Below, one piece after another: positions 12,758 to 25,024 of a stretch of 64,000 nucleotides of DNA. The stretch lies in contig NC_091473.1 of assembly GCF_036971445.1 (NCBI RefSeq), positions 206,646,001 to 206,710,000 of the forward strand. Reading direction: 5' to 3'. The DNA comes from Narcine bancroftii. Its lineage: Eukaryota. Position numbers and translations under genes: made by a program. The notes beneath the pieces are model-generated. The model did not search any database and had not been told where the DNA came from. It was given only the letters and a program-made list of their open reading frames with translations. Each line of letters begins with the position of its first letter. Within the stretch, counting starts at the first letter, position 1.

Positions 12758-14099
12758 GTCTAACGTATTTGTAGAACTCAGTTTTACCAACTTCCGTTGA
12801 ATATGTGTGCAGCCTCTGTAGGTGTGTGGTTTGCTACCACCTTGATGCCTCTTCCCAATGTCGTAATTTCCCCTTGTCCCAGATCTGTTTAGGTTCAGTC
12901 GTGATTCCTTTGTCCATCGGTAGAAAAATACATTTCAGTGTCTGTCTTTAGATCCATAAGCTCTTCTCTCCTTTGAACATTTTCCCCAGTATCTGAAAGT
13001 TAATGGCAGATTGCTTCCACTCTTTCCTCGTGTACAGATAATGAATATTAACACATCTATTTGCAATGTGTCTGCAATGTCATTTACGTTCCATAAATCT
13101 CTATAACTAATGTTTCACCAACAACTACTGAGGTTAAAGCGAGAAAGGTAAACTAATACAAAGCATCCATTTCATCCACCTGAGATTAAGAAGTAGCTAT
13201 ATTCTCCTGGCAGACGGAACACTTGTCAATCGTAGAGATCAATAATTGGTAACCTTAGTGAAAACACCGGGATGAATGAACGTTTGCAAAACCCGCAATT
13301 TGAATTATTTAAGAATCCAGATGCAGAATAGACTGCTCAAACCTGCTCAATGTTTTCCTGCCTGATGTGCTACCTGCCAGGTTTATAATTTTCTTTCTCG
13401 CAGATGTTCATTCTCTCATATTTCTATTAATGTCCATTTGTTGGAAACACACATAATGACCTGGGCTCCACACAAATCTAGGCTTGGACATTCCAGAGTG
13501 TCGTCATGCTTTGGGATGTCAAATCGAGACGAACTTCAGTTGAAAAAAGATGATCGTTATCCTGTCATCAAATCTATTTATTCAATAATCTACCACGAGT
13601 GAAAGTGATCTGACGTCTAATCTTTAATTCACTGTCACCAACGTACATAACTGAATTACATCCTTCAATAATTGGTAATCCTGAACACTAATTAAAAGAC
13701 CACGAAATCATTTCTGGAAAACTATGCATTCCTTAAACAGCCAAACGTGTTAGTTGAGATATATTAAATTAGGAAATTATAAACAAATGGAAAGGAATGC
13801 ATCATTACCCTAGCACAACACATTAGGTATCAATACATTTATTAACTACTCACGAAGTGAAATTTTCTTATTTCCTATTTTTAAATTGCTGAATATCTAT
13901 ACCATCCACAATAATCGTCAACCATTGTGGATATGAGGCGCATTCATTCATTGGAGATGTTGGAAGTCAGTGCAAGATAACGGGGAAGGGTGCGATCTGT
14001 TGTAGCTGAAACAGATGGACTTTCATTGATAACAGGGATAGACACCACCTCCCCCCCCCCCCATTCATTTGATCAGACGTATGCCAACAATTACTGTTA

Positions 14100-14203
14100 C
14101 TCAAAAAGGGTAGGAAGCTGAAACGTCGGTTTGATATTTAAGCCTTTGCTATTTCAAGGACACTGCTTCTGCTGATGGATTTCTCCTGCATTGTGTGTTT
14201 TTA
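14100..14203 (+). mobile_element. Short SINE/LINE 3' tail relic
   Basis: GAAACGTCGGT...CTGCTGA..TTTCTCCTGCATTGTGTGTTTT resembles cartilaginous-fish SINE tails; recognised from memory only. Confidence 0.35.
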
Positions 14204-14590
14204 GAAAAGTGCAATGATCGTGAAATATAACAACATGTATATTATGACCATGTAATTTTTATGAAACAACAAAAAATATATATGCGATCGTCATGACAGA
14301 AATTTTTCAACAATACTATCTAGATTCTTCTTGTCGGTCTGGGATTGTGTCAAAAATTAAATTTAACGTGGAGATAATATGCTCTGCAGTAATAAGTTGC
14401 GCTATTTTAGGCAAAGAAACATAAACACACATTGTATCTTTGGATCAAATTTGTTTACTGTGTTTTCTTTGACAACCTCCTCCTTCCAGAAATGAAAATA
14501 ACCCCTATGTCGCCAAGCAGTGCTATTTTATGAGAAATGAGCAACAAAATAATTTAACATCTTCCCTTATCACTGGGTTTCTAAGGCTAT

Positions 14591-15623
14591 TGTAACAATA
14601 TTAATATTATGGGAACATTTATAAGATTTAGAGTAGGTCACAGATATACACACATTTTAAAACAGATCTTATTTTAAAGACTGAAGAATTCACATTGCAG
14701 GATCTCTGGAGAATGTAAGCACCTTTCACAATTCGGTGTTAACTGAAATTACGTCATAAAATCCTTCACCATTGTCTTGCTGGAGTCATGCTGTCTATCA
14801 GTACCCTTTCTGCAAAGTGCTCACAGATATGCCAATTCTGGTTTTGTTTACCTAAGATAACAACTAGAAAAAGAACAAACTCTTGTTGTTTGCTGGAGAA
14901 GGTAGGGATTTTGCAAGATATGAGTCACATGCTCTTTTTGGAGTGGAAGTTGGAAAAGAGAGAGAGTTGAGTTAACAGATCAGTCAATCAGTGTGTGGGA
15001 CAGTGACAAGTAACTGAAAAGTGCAATCCAGAGAAAACTGTTTGAAATTGATGATAGCAAGTTCAAAAGAAGTAGATAGCTGGAAGTGTTATTTGTCTAA
15101 TATTTTTCTTGAAATAGAGAAAGGAATGGAAGTCTGTGGTAGCTTGAACAAAGAGGTTACCATCTAGAATTCCCTGATGGGGAAGGTTTCATCAATGAGA
15201 CCCTGAGATGACAAGTGGTGGTACATCAGTTGTGGAAATCATGGAGCAGCAAATGTGTCTCTCTGCAAACCCCACGAGAACCTTCCTGAGTGGAAAACAT
15301 TTACCCTTCAAGCACCAAGCCTGGTGAACTTTATACATGTTAAATTCTGTGCACAGTATGATAAGATTGCCTGCAAATAGAGAACTTGGAAGAAGGAGAA
15401 GTGAGATTGAAATATGAACCAAAGAAATTTTCATAAATCCACACACATACATTACATACACGTGGGCTTTGAATTAGAAGGGGGTTAATTTGGGTTAGTT
15501 AATTTAATGTTTGATTCTATGTTCATGTTTAAAGTTGATTAAAAATAACTATTGTTTTAAAAACCACTTATCTTGTTGAATGTCTATTTCTCCATTGTTT
15601 TATGGTCATTTGGACTCATAATA
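14591..15623 (+). mobile_element. Probable solo LTR (~1.03 kb)
   Basis: Begins TGTAAC and ends CTCATAATA (decayed ..TAACA). No coding content; ATTAAA near the 3' end; flanks CTAT/ATAT (imperfect 4-bp TSD). Confidence 0.5.
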
Positions 15624-15746
15624 ATATCGAGATAGCAAATGGCTCAGAGACAGATGCAACCGTAATAGCAGATAGTTGGTGTGATCTCTAAAATGATACT
15701 GAGAGCGGATTTGACGGATAATCCATTGTATCCAAGGTTGATATAT

Positions 15747-18263
15747 TTCTCTCTTTGGCTTGGCTTTGTGGACGAAGATTTATGGAGGGGTAAATGTCCA
15801 CGTCAGCTGCAGGCTCGTTTGTGGCTGACAAGTCCGATGCGGGACAGGCAGACATGGTTGCAGCGGTTGCAGGGGAAAATTGGTAGGTTGGGGTTGGGTG
15901 TTGGGTTTTTCCTCCTTTGTCTTTTGTCAGTGAGGTGGGCTCTGTGGTCTTCTTCAAAGGAGGTTGCTGCCCGCCAAACTGTGAGGTGCTAAGGTGCACG
16001 GTTTGAGGTGATATCAGCCCACTGGCGATGGTCAATGTGGCAGGCACCAAGAGATTTCTTTAGGCAGTCCTTGTTTCTCTTCGTTGGTGCACCTCTGTCA
16101 CGATGGCCAGTGGAGAGCTCGCCATATAACATGATCTTGGGAAGGCGATGGTCCTCCATTCTGCAGACGTGACCTACCCAGCGCAGTTGGATCTTCAGAA
16201 GCGTGGATTCGATGCTGTCGGCCTCTGCCATCTCGAGCACTTCAATGTTAGGGATGAAGTCGCTCCAATGAATGTTGAGGATGGACCAGAGACAACGCTA
16301 GTGGAAGCGTTCTAGGAGCCATAGGTGATGCCGGTAGAGGACCCATGATTCGGAGCCGAACAGGAGAGTGGGTATGACAACGGCTCTGTATATGCTAATC
16401 TTTGTGAGGTTTTTCAGTTGGTTGTTTTTCCAGACTCTTTTGTGTAGTCTTCCAAAGGCACTATTTGTCCATCTCGTTGTCGATACTTGCATCCAATGAA
16501 ATGGTGCAGCCGAGATAGGTAAACTGGTTGATTGTTTTGAGTTTTGTGTGCTCGATGGAGATGTGGGGGCCTGGTAGTCATGGTGGGGAGCTGGCTGATG
16601 GAGGACCTCAGTTTTCTTCAGGCTGACTTCCAGGCCAAACATTTTGGCAGTTTCCGCAAAACAGAACGTCAAGTGCTGAAGAGCTGGCTCTGAATGGGCA
16701 ACTAAAGCAGCATCGTCAGCAAAGAGTAGTTCACGGACAAGTTTCTCTTGTGTCTTGGTGTGAGCTTGCAGGCGCCTCAGATTGAAGAGACTGCCATCTG
16801 TGCGGTACCAGATGTAAACAGCGTCTTCATTGTTGAGGTCTTTCATGGCTTGGTTCAGCATCATGCTGAAGTACATTGAAAAGAGGGTTGGTGCGAGAAT
16901 GCACCCTCGCTTCACGCCATTGTTAATGGAGAAGGGTTCAGAGAGCTCATTGCTGTATCTGCCCCGCCTTTGTTGGATTTCGTGCAGTTGGATAACCATG
17001 TTGAGGAACTTTGGGAGGCATCCGAGGCACTCTAGTATTTTCCAAAGCCCTTTCCTGCTCAATGTGTCGAAGGCTTTGGCGAGGTCAACAAAGGTGATGT
17101 AGAGTCCTTTGTTTTGTTCTCTGCGCTTTTCTTGGAGCTGTCTGAGGGCAAAGACCATGTCAGTAGTTCCTCTGTTTGCGCAAAAGCCACACTGTGATTC
17201 TGGGAGGACATTTTTTGCGACACTAGGTATTAGTCTATTAAGGTGAATCCTCGTGAAGATTTTTCCTGCAATGGAGAGCAGCGTGAATCCCCTGTAGTTT
17301 GAGCATTCTGATTTCTCGCCTTTGTTTTTGTACAGGGTGATGATGATGGCATCACGAAGGTCCTGAGGCAGCTTAACTTGGTCCCAGCAGAGCTTGAAAA
17401 ACTCATTCAGTTTGGCATGCAGAGTTTTGCCGCCAGCCTTCCAGATCTCTGGGGCGGGGGGATTCCATCCATACCTGCTGCTTTGCCACTTTTCAGTTGT
17501 TCAATTGCCTTATATGTCTCTTCCCGGGTGAGGACCTCATCCAGCTCTAGCCTTAGGGGCTGTTGAGCGAGATGGAGCAAAGCAGAATCTTGGACTGAGC
17601 AGTTGGCACTGAAAAAAGATTGGAAGTGTTCTGACCATCGGTTGAGGATGGAGATCTTGTCGCTGAGGAGGTCTTTGCCGTCTGAGCTGCGCAGCGTGCT
17701 TTGGACTTGGGGCGAGCGGCCTCGTAAAAACCCCTGAAGTCGCCAATGTCCACGCTGAGCTGGGTTCGTTTGGCGAGGCTAGTCCACCACTCATTTTGCA
17801 TCTCCCGGAGTTTGCGCTGAAGATGACTGCATGTGCGATGGAAGGCATGTTTCTTCTCTGGCCAGGATGGCTTTGTAAGGTGAGCCTGGTGGGCAGCTCG
17901 CTTCTTTGCCAGCAGCTCCTGGATTTCCTGGCTGTTGTCGTCGAACCAGTCCTTGTTTTTCTGGAGGAGAACCCCAGTACCTCTTCAGTTGGTTGCTGTA
18001 TGGTAGTCTTCAGCTGATCCAAGAGGGTTTCAGGAGATGAGTCCGTGGGGTGGATTGCATCCTCGAGCTTTGCTTTGAGGTTTACCTGGAAGTTTCCTCT
18101 CACTTCGTCTGACTGCAGGTTTCCAACATTAAACCTCTTTCTGGGGGATTTACTGTTCCTGGACGTTGGCTTGAAGTGAAGGTTGAGCTTGCAGCGAACC
18201 AGCCGGTGGTAAGTGTGGCATTCCACGCTGGGCATGACGCTGGTGTGGAGCACATCTCGTTTG
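15747..18263 (-). mobile_element. RTE (BovB-like) LINE, ~2.5 kb, 5'-truncated, frameshifted
   Basis: ORFs 16298-17158 (FVDLAKAFD, GVKRGCILAP, LLFADD), 15989-16240, 17537-18268 and 17553-17801. Confidence 0.95.
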
Positions 18264-18571
18264 TCCATTACCCCCTTTGTTAATAACGAGTTTTTTTTCT
18301 CGTTGCAATGGCGATGAGGCTATGTGTTCCAACACCTTTTTTGCAAACCCAACTGTTTCACGTATTAAATACTTATTCTGACTCAGCTGGTGGTCTCCGT
18401 GTTTGGGCGGTCTCAGAAAAACAAACGAGGTCTCCAGTGCAGATTCAATTTGTTGACATTCACTCCCCGCCCAATCCCGCACCAGCATTACAACTACAAA
18501 GTGTAGAATCTAGACGATACTTAAGACCGAGAACAGTTGTATGAGGACCCAAATGCTCCTTCATTGGCAGT

Positions 18572-19006
18572 ATGAAAGTACTTTTCATTTGGATTGTTTC
18601 AGATCATATCTTGCGGGTAACATAATAGTGACCACTTTCATTCATTTATTTGAATAGGGATTAGGTATCAACTGGAATCAGTCTAAACTATCAACATTTG
18701 GGTTTTTGTTCAAATCGCAGTCATGAAGATTCTATCATTCACACTCTGTCCTCAGCTGTGAAGACAGAAGGTGAGGCAGTGACTTTCAGGTGCGACAATC
18801 ATACTACAGGGAGCTACTATCAACTATTCTGGTACCGACAATAATAAGGAAAAATGCCAGAGTTTGTTATGAAAAAAACTGAAAACAGCTGATTTCGCTC
18901 AAGTCCGCTTCTCTGTCGAGCTCCAGACCACCAGAAAATTAATCAGTTTAACCATTTCGGCGCTACAACCGAGAGATTATAGAATTTATTACTGCGGGCT
19001 CACACA
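18572..19006 (+). pseudogene. T-cell receptor alpha/delta-type variable (V) gene segment, pseudogene (leader exon 18572-18616, V exon ~18714-19006)
   Basis: Leader MKVLFIWIVS.. with a GTAAC donor at 18617. The V exon reads SHEDSIIHTLSSAVKTEGEAVTFRC(18791)DNHTTGSYYQLFW(18830)YRQ**GKMPEFV../ADFAQVRFSVELQTTRKLISLTISALQPRDYRIYYC(18993)GLT. The IgV Cys-Trp-YYC triad is present. Lesions: two in-frame TAA codons, a frameshift, and an acceptor apparently mutated AG>AA. Confidence 0.9.
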
Positions 19007-19045
19007 CACAGTGAGTGAAATCAAATAAAATGTCTTACAAAAATC
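19007..19045 (+). other. V(D)J recombination signal sequence, 23-bp spacer
   Basis: CACAGTG (19007-13) + AGTGAAATCAAATAAAATGTCTT (23 nt) + ACAAAAATC (19037-45; 8/9 to ACAAAAACC), directly after YYCGLT. Confidence 0.95.
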
Positions 19046-20516
19046 TACCACCCCTCCAAGTATCTATTTCCCCTTAGCAGGGGATATATAAACATACGTT
19101 TGTTTTTGCGGTTTCCCGTTACTTTGAAATCAAGATGAATATTTGCAGTTTCCTTTCTATTCGGTCTCTGGTTTTTATGCACTTGGTTCTTCTCACTCGC
19201 TGGAAATTGTCTCTAGAATGTCTGTCTTCAAGAACATAGCATCTGCAATAACCAATTTTAGCTTGAAACTTTACAAAGTTGTTGTAAGCTTGGTGTGGTT
19301 ACATATTACGGACAGAAATCGCATACTTTTTACCCTTCTGAAATTTTGTTAATATCTCAGCGACTGTCATTCCTAACACCGATAAGTATATCAATAGACT
19401 TCACCTCTGGCAGAATGAGTCATGCCGTAATCTGCAAGAACAATATTTTTTTCGTTGTGATCAGTTCAGTGAACGGTGATATGAACAGTGTATTTTCGAA
19501 TATCAGGCAACTAGGACCACGACTCTTCTTCCCAGCTACTTCCTTTCTTTACACTTCTCCAGCAATATCCGCCAAGGCTCACCCACGCTCACCCACACTG
19601 CCATTACCCCAAGAGACATTCTTATCGCATTAAGTTTCCTATTCATCTGCCAATATGTCCACAGAATTATTCAGGAGCCGACGTATTCCATGCAATTTCC
19701 TCAATTCTTCTCTCACATTTCGCTTTATTATCCTTTACTCTTATCTAATTCCAACATGGAAGGCATTTAACTCCAATTATGACCTGCTGCACACTACACT
19801 GCACACTCGCCATTCATCTGACCCATGTTTACATCTTCCTCGACTCCTCTATTAAATATCTGCTAACTAACTCACTGTGTTTATTAATTCGTATCTCCTT
19901 GGTAATAAATCCCAATTGTCTCAGCAATACATCCGACCTGTCTGCATTATACGATCAGCCCATTGTACCGTCAGTTTGATCAGCACTTCATGCTGGAAAC
20001 ATCAGTATTCATTTCTTACACCGGGATAGCATTCTCCAGCAGATCGTTTGTTGCCAAAACCCAGTTATCATTATAAACGTTTGAACAACATCGATGTTCA
20101 TAAATGAATAGATATAAAGGGGTTAAGCAACACGGCTTTATATCGGTGTTCAGAGTAACCCACACGCTTTTTTTTAAATGAGATAGATTAATGGTACATT
20201 TAGTAGAAAATGAGGATAAAAACAACGGTTGTTCCCCTGCAATAAGAAGATTTGTCATAATTAATATCAGTGGTAGGATTATCTTCCTCTCAGTCTTCCT
20301 TCGCCAATCAAAGTGACTACATGCAATTTGTTTCATGTTTATTTCTGTATCACTTTTCCTGCCTTTTATTTCGTTGATTTTCATTATTTTCCAATGTACT
20401 GAACTGATCCAAACACTTTGGCACAAGGAATGATATAAGATGTAGTCTTCATAATATTTAGTCAATCGGGGTGGAGATTAGGTATAGTAAAGGGAACTAT
20501 CACTAGTGTTGGTATT

Positions 20517-21423
20517 CTTTCTTTGGCTTGGCTTCGCGGACGAAGATTTATGGAGGGGGTAAAAAGTCCACGTCAGCTGCAGGCTCGTTTGTGGCTGACA
20601 AGTCCGATGCGGGACAGGCAGACACGATTGCAGCGGTTGCAGGGGAAAATTGGTTGGTTGGGGTTGGGTGTTGGGTTTTTCCTCCTTTTCCTTTTGTCAG
20701 TGAAGTGGGCTCTGCGGTCTTCTTCAAAGGAGGTTGCTGCCCGCCAAACTGTGAGGCGCCAAGATGCACGGTTTGAGGCGTTATCAGCCCACTGGCGGTG
20801 GTCAATGTGGCAGGCACCAAGAGATTTCTTTAGGCAGTCCTTGTACCTTTTCTTTGGTGCACCTCTGTCACGGTGGCCAGTGGAGAGCTCGCCATATAAC
20901 ACGATCTTGGGAAGGCGATGGTCCTCCATTCTGGAGACGTCACCCATCCAGCGCAGCTGGATCTTCAGCAGCGTGGACTCGATGATGTCGACCTCTGCCA
21001 TCTCGAGTACTTCGACGTTAGGGATGTAAGCGCTCCAATGGATGTTGAGGATGGAGCGGAGACAACGCTGGTGGAAGCGTTCTAGGAGCCGTAGGTGGTG
21101 CCGGTAGAGGACCCATGATTCGGAGCCGAACAGGAGTGTGGGTATGACAACGGCTCTGTATACGCTTATCTTTGTGAGGTTTTTCAGTTGGTTGTTTTTC
21201 CAGACTCTTTTGTGTAGTCTTCCAAAGGCGCTATTTGCCTTGGCGAGTCTGTTGTCTATCTCATTGTCGATCCTTGCATCTGATGAAATGGTGCAGCCGA
21301 GTTAGGTAAACTGGTTGACCGTTTTGAGTTTTGTGTGCCCGATGGAGATGTGGGGGGGGGGGGCTGGTAGTCATGGTGGGGAGCTGGCTGATGGAGGACC
21401 TCAGTTTTCTTCAGGCTGACTTC
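20517..21423 (-). mobile_element. Young 5'-truncated RTE LINE with 26-bp TSD
   Basis: ORF 20573-21001 ends in the zinc-finger-like FPCNRCNRVCLSRIGLVSHKRAC. TSD AGGGAACTATCACTAGTGTTGGTATT at 20491-20516 and 21424-21449. Confidence 0.96.
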
Positions 21424-21626
21424 AGGGAACTATCACTAGTGTTGGTATTAATATGTAAATAAATCTCAAACACTCCCTTTCTCTCATAGGTCTCCTTATA
21501 TACATTACTGAAAATGAAGTACTCCTTTTGTGGTTCTCTTGCCTTGTTTCCCTCTTTTTAGTCTTTTATTCACATTGTTTGGGCTTGGAGGGTGGATGGT
21601 AGGTGTTGCAGGAGGTTTCAGTTTTT

Positions 21627-21879
21627 NNNNNNNNNNNNNNNNNNNNNNNNNNNNNNNNNNNNNNNNNNNNNNNNNNNNNNNNNNNNNNNNNNNNNNNNNN
21701 NNNNNNNNNNNNNNNNNNNNNNNNNNNNNNNNNNNNNNNNNNNNNNNNNNNNNNNNNNNNNNNNNNNNNNNNNNNNNNNNNNNNNNNNNNNNNNNNNNNN
21801 NNNNNNNNNNNNNNNNNNNNNNNNNNNNNNNNNNNNNNNNNNNNNNNNNNNNNNNNNNNNNNNNNNNNNNNNNNNNNNN
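21627..21879. other. Assembly gap (N run)
   Basis: Run of n. Confidence 1.
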
Positions 21880-22354
21880 GAAAGATTTAACATAAACATA
21901 AACATAACAATTACAGCACGGAAACAGGCCATTAGGCCCTTCTAGTCCGCACCGAACCAAACACCCCTTTCTAATCCCACCTCCCTGCACAATGTCCATA
22001 ACCCTCCATCATCTTCTCATCCATATACCTGTCCAACCTTTTCTTAAATAATACAATTGACTCCGCCGCCACTATTTCTCCCGGAAGATCATTCCACACA
22101 GCTACCACTCTCTGAGTAAAGAAGTTCCCCCTCATGTTACCTCTAAACCTCTGCCCTTTAATTCTTAACTCATGTCCTCTTGTTTTAAACTTTCCTCCTC
22201 TTAACGGAAATAGTCTATCCACATCCATTCTGTCTATCCCTTTCATAATCTTAAATACTTCTATCAAATCCCCTCTCAACCTTCTACGCTCCAAAGAATA
22301 AAGACCCAATCTGTCCAATCTCTCCCCATACTCCAGATGCTTAAACCCAGGCAA
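21880..22354 (-). mobile_element. CR1 LINE 3' fragment
   Basis: ORF 21971-22354 YGERLDRLGLYSLERRRLRGDLIEVFKIMKG...TRGH...FFTQRVVAVWNDLP; (TTTATG)n tail near 21890-21910. Confidence 0.93.
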
Positions 22355-22759
22355 ACACTGGAAGTGTTTAATTTGGGGTTTTCAATTTTAAGTTAAGAAA
22401 TAAAATGACAAACATCAATTCAGATCGAGAACATACATACTTTTCTTATTGCATACTCCAACAATGAGGGGAAAACTCCCAAATAGAGTGGGGAGATCCT
22501 TCCGACATTCCTGTGCCATTGGCCTGAGGCAGAATAAAATGGAGAGTGCGAACAGATGGATGACAACTGGATCGACAGTCATGGTTCTAACGAGGATACA
22601 TGCCTTAAAATGTCGTCACTTTTTGCACTTAAAATGGATAGACGAGTTCCAATTCGAACACATTTAAACGGATTATTTTCTACAGTAGCGGACCTTTAGA
22701 GTAACCGTTCCTAGGTTTAATGGTTTAATGTTTATAAATCTATAGTTATGTTCAAAATT

Positions 22760-25020
22760 GAATAGTGATGTATAATAATCCATGTTTTTAGATAGGAGTC
22801 CTGGGCCTGGCATAGTTTTAAGAATTATTTAAACTCTCCTTCTTCCAGTATTTTTTTATTTTATGGGAAATTTTAAAATCTTACATTTGTGGACAGATAA
22901 TCTCATACAAGAAATTTATTAAGCAAAATATACAGGGTAGATATTTCTGAAATTTGAAAAGGAAATCCAGCAGTCTGGCTCCAGTAAGGTATAAAAAGTG
23001 CTTGAAACAACAATCTCCAGTATAATACACTGCATACATAAAATTTATAGCCCCACAAGGACTACACAAAGATATTATGAATTGCAAGAGAAAGCACTTA
23101 CAGACTTGTCCTGACAAAAAGAAAGTTCGAGAACTATTAATTCAATCCAGTCTGAAGTGAACTCAGGCTCATAAAATCTATCATAAAACAAAGACAGAAT
23201 TACACGGTTTTTTGTATATTTATACAAATCAGGATCTCCTGAAGTCGTGACTAAGATTGATGACTTCTTATCCATTGTTGAACTGTCGAAATTTGACTAA
23301 GATGATCAAGCAAATCTGGACCTCACTTTACCCTAAAATAAATTGAAAGAGCCTTAGGCTCAATACTGTCCAATAAATCACTATGTGAGGACTGTTTCCC
23401 GGAGGAATTTTAAAGAGGATTTAAAAACTTATTCATTCCCTTCATCATAGATGTAATTGACTTAGCGTCTAATACCCAAACTCTCTCTGAATCATTTTCT
23501 ACTGCCATAATTACCGTAATTCATTAAAAAACAGGGACCTTCCGTTTTGACCATTTCATTTCTTAACAGAATATTAATGGATTTCCAATGTTCTCTCTTA
23601 CAGGCTTGGCGAAATTCAAAACAGAATGGCTTTAAATTGAAACGCCGATCAATCAACAACCTATGTAATATTATACATTATGTCAAGACTAGGGCTGATC
23701 CGAGTGTCGCGGTTCCTCTGGGAGTTGATAATGACTTTGTTAGCCTATACTGGACGTATTTGTTTAGAGTACTGGTTACGCTCGGGTTTGGGCACGTATT
23801 TATTAACTGAGGTAAAACCATTCATCAGAGACACAAAGCTATACTTGCCAAAATGGACCAACCTTGGGAAAGTTCTCTTTGATCAGGTCGAGTTGGCAGT
23901 GCTGTCCCTTACCTGAAGGATATTTTGTCTTGCAGATTGATCCCTTAGCATATGCAATTATACAAGAATCATATTAGTTAGGTCAGACAAATCACAAAAT
24001 TTATCTTGTGGCAGATGATGCAATACTTAATTTTACAGATATGGTTAATTAACAAACTAAATTACAGATTTTATTAAAATCTTATGGTGAAGTTTCAGGA
24101 TACAAGATTATCTGCAAAAAAAAACAGAGAAATTATCCCACAAACAAATTTCGATTACATGGAGTATCTGAAATATAGTCCATTCAAGTGGCCCTCGGTG
24201 TCGTTATATTCCTTGGAACGGTGGCAGATAATGGCATTCATAATTTACATAAACTTAGTAACTTCCCGTTACTTAGTAAAATTGAAGAAGGTTTGAGTTG
24301 ATGGGTGAAGTTGCTCATCACTCTAATTGGCAGAGTCAAACTGTGTGAAAATAAATATATTGCCGAGATAACAGTATATTTTCCAGTCCTTGCCAATTCA
24401 AAATTCAAAGTTTTTTTTTAATCTTTAATAAGCATGATGCACAGTTAATATAGAACAGTAAATTTCCAGAAGTATGCATGGAAAATGTAACATGGGATAT
24501 TCGATTATGAGGCATCAGTGGCCTACTTTCCAAAAGTATTATTTGGTGACTAAGGTAGATTTATTTATTTATCAACGGTAATAATGCCCCCTCCAGGGTA
24601 AAAATTGGATTGAACTCCCAAAAAAAATGTGTGCAGTAAGTTTATTTATAGAAGTAATTCTAGAATTATAGGCACCAGGACAGATAGCCCCATTTTTAAA
24701 TCATGGTTAGGATATGGTATGATATCTATGGCGGGCCTGGTCTGAAAGATGGATTGTCATATAAAACACCTTTCAGACAAAACGAGCGTATACCCATGAC
24801 TTTGATCAACAAGGTTCTGGAAGCCTGATACCAATCTGTGATACAATGACCGGACGAATGCTGTGTGACAGTTTTTTTTTTTCATGACATTTGAGCAGAT
24901 TAAGAAGAAAAATAGCGTGCAGAACTAGACCTTCTTTTGTTTGCTCAGGTTAAGATCCTTCCTTAGGGCCAATGTAGGGCCTGGAGTGACTTTACCGGAG
25001 TGGACTGAAAAGGAGAAACT
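22760..25020 (+). mobile_element. Old, heavily decayed L1 ORF2 fragment
   Basis: YICGQIISY (~22882), QRYYELQEKA (~23068), VAVPLGVDNDF..YWTYLFRVL..GFG (ALDAEKAFD region), QCCPL (QGCPL), LVADD, LLITLIGRV. Confidence 0.75.
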
Positions 25021-25024
25021 AAAC

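Noticed and set aside
12783-12993. Minus-strand exon-like segment with AG/GT ends
   Set aside because: In-frame stops and no recognisable homology.
18701-18709. Perfect reverse nonamer GGTTTTTGT in the V leader intron
   Set aside because: No CACTGTG heptamer at 12 or 23 nt; it is part of the polypyrimidine tract.
20016-20465. 149-aa minus ORF with a good acceptor (~20237) and donor (~20018)
   Set aside because: No recognisable domain, AT-rich non-coding-like composition, and no neighbouring exons.
21505-21999. ORFs spanning N runs (also 56066-56300)
   Set aside because: Artefacts of assembly gaps.
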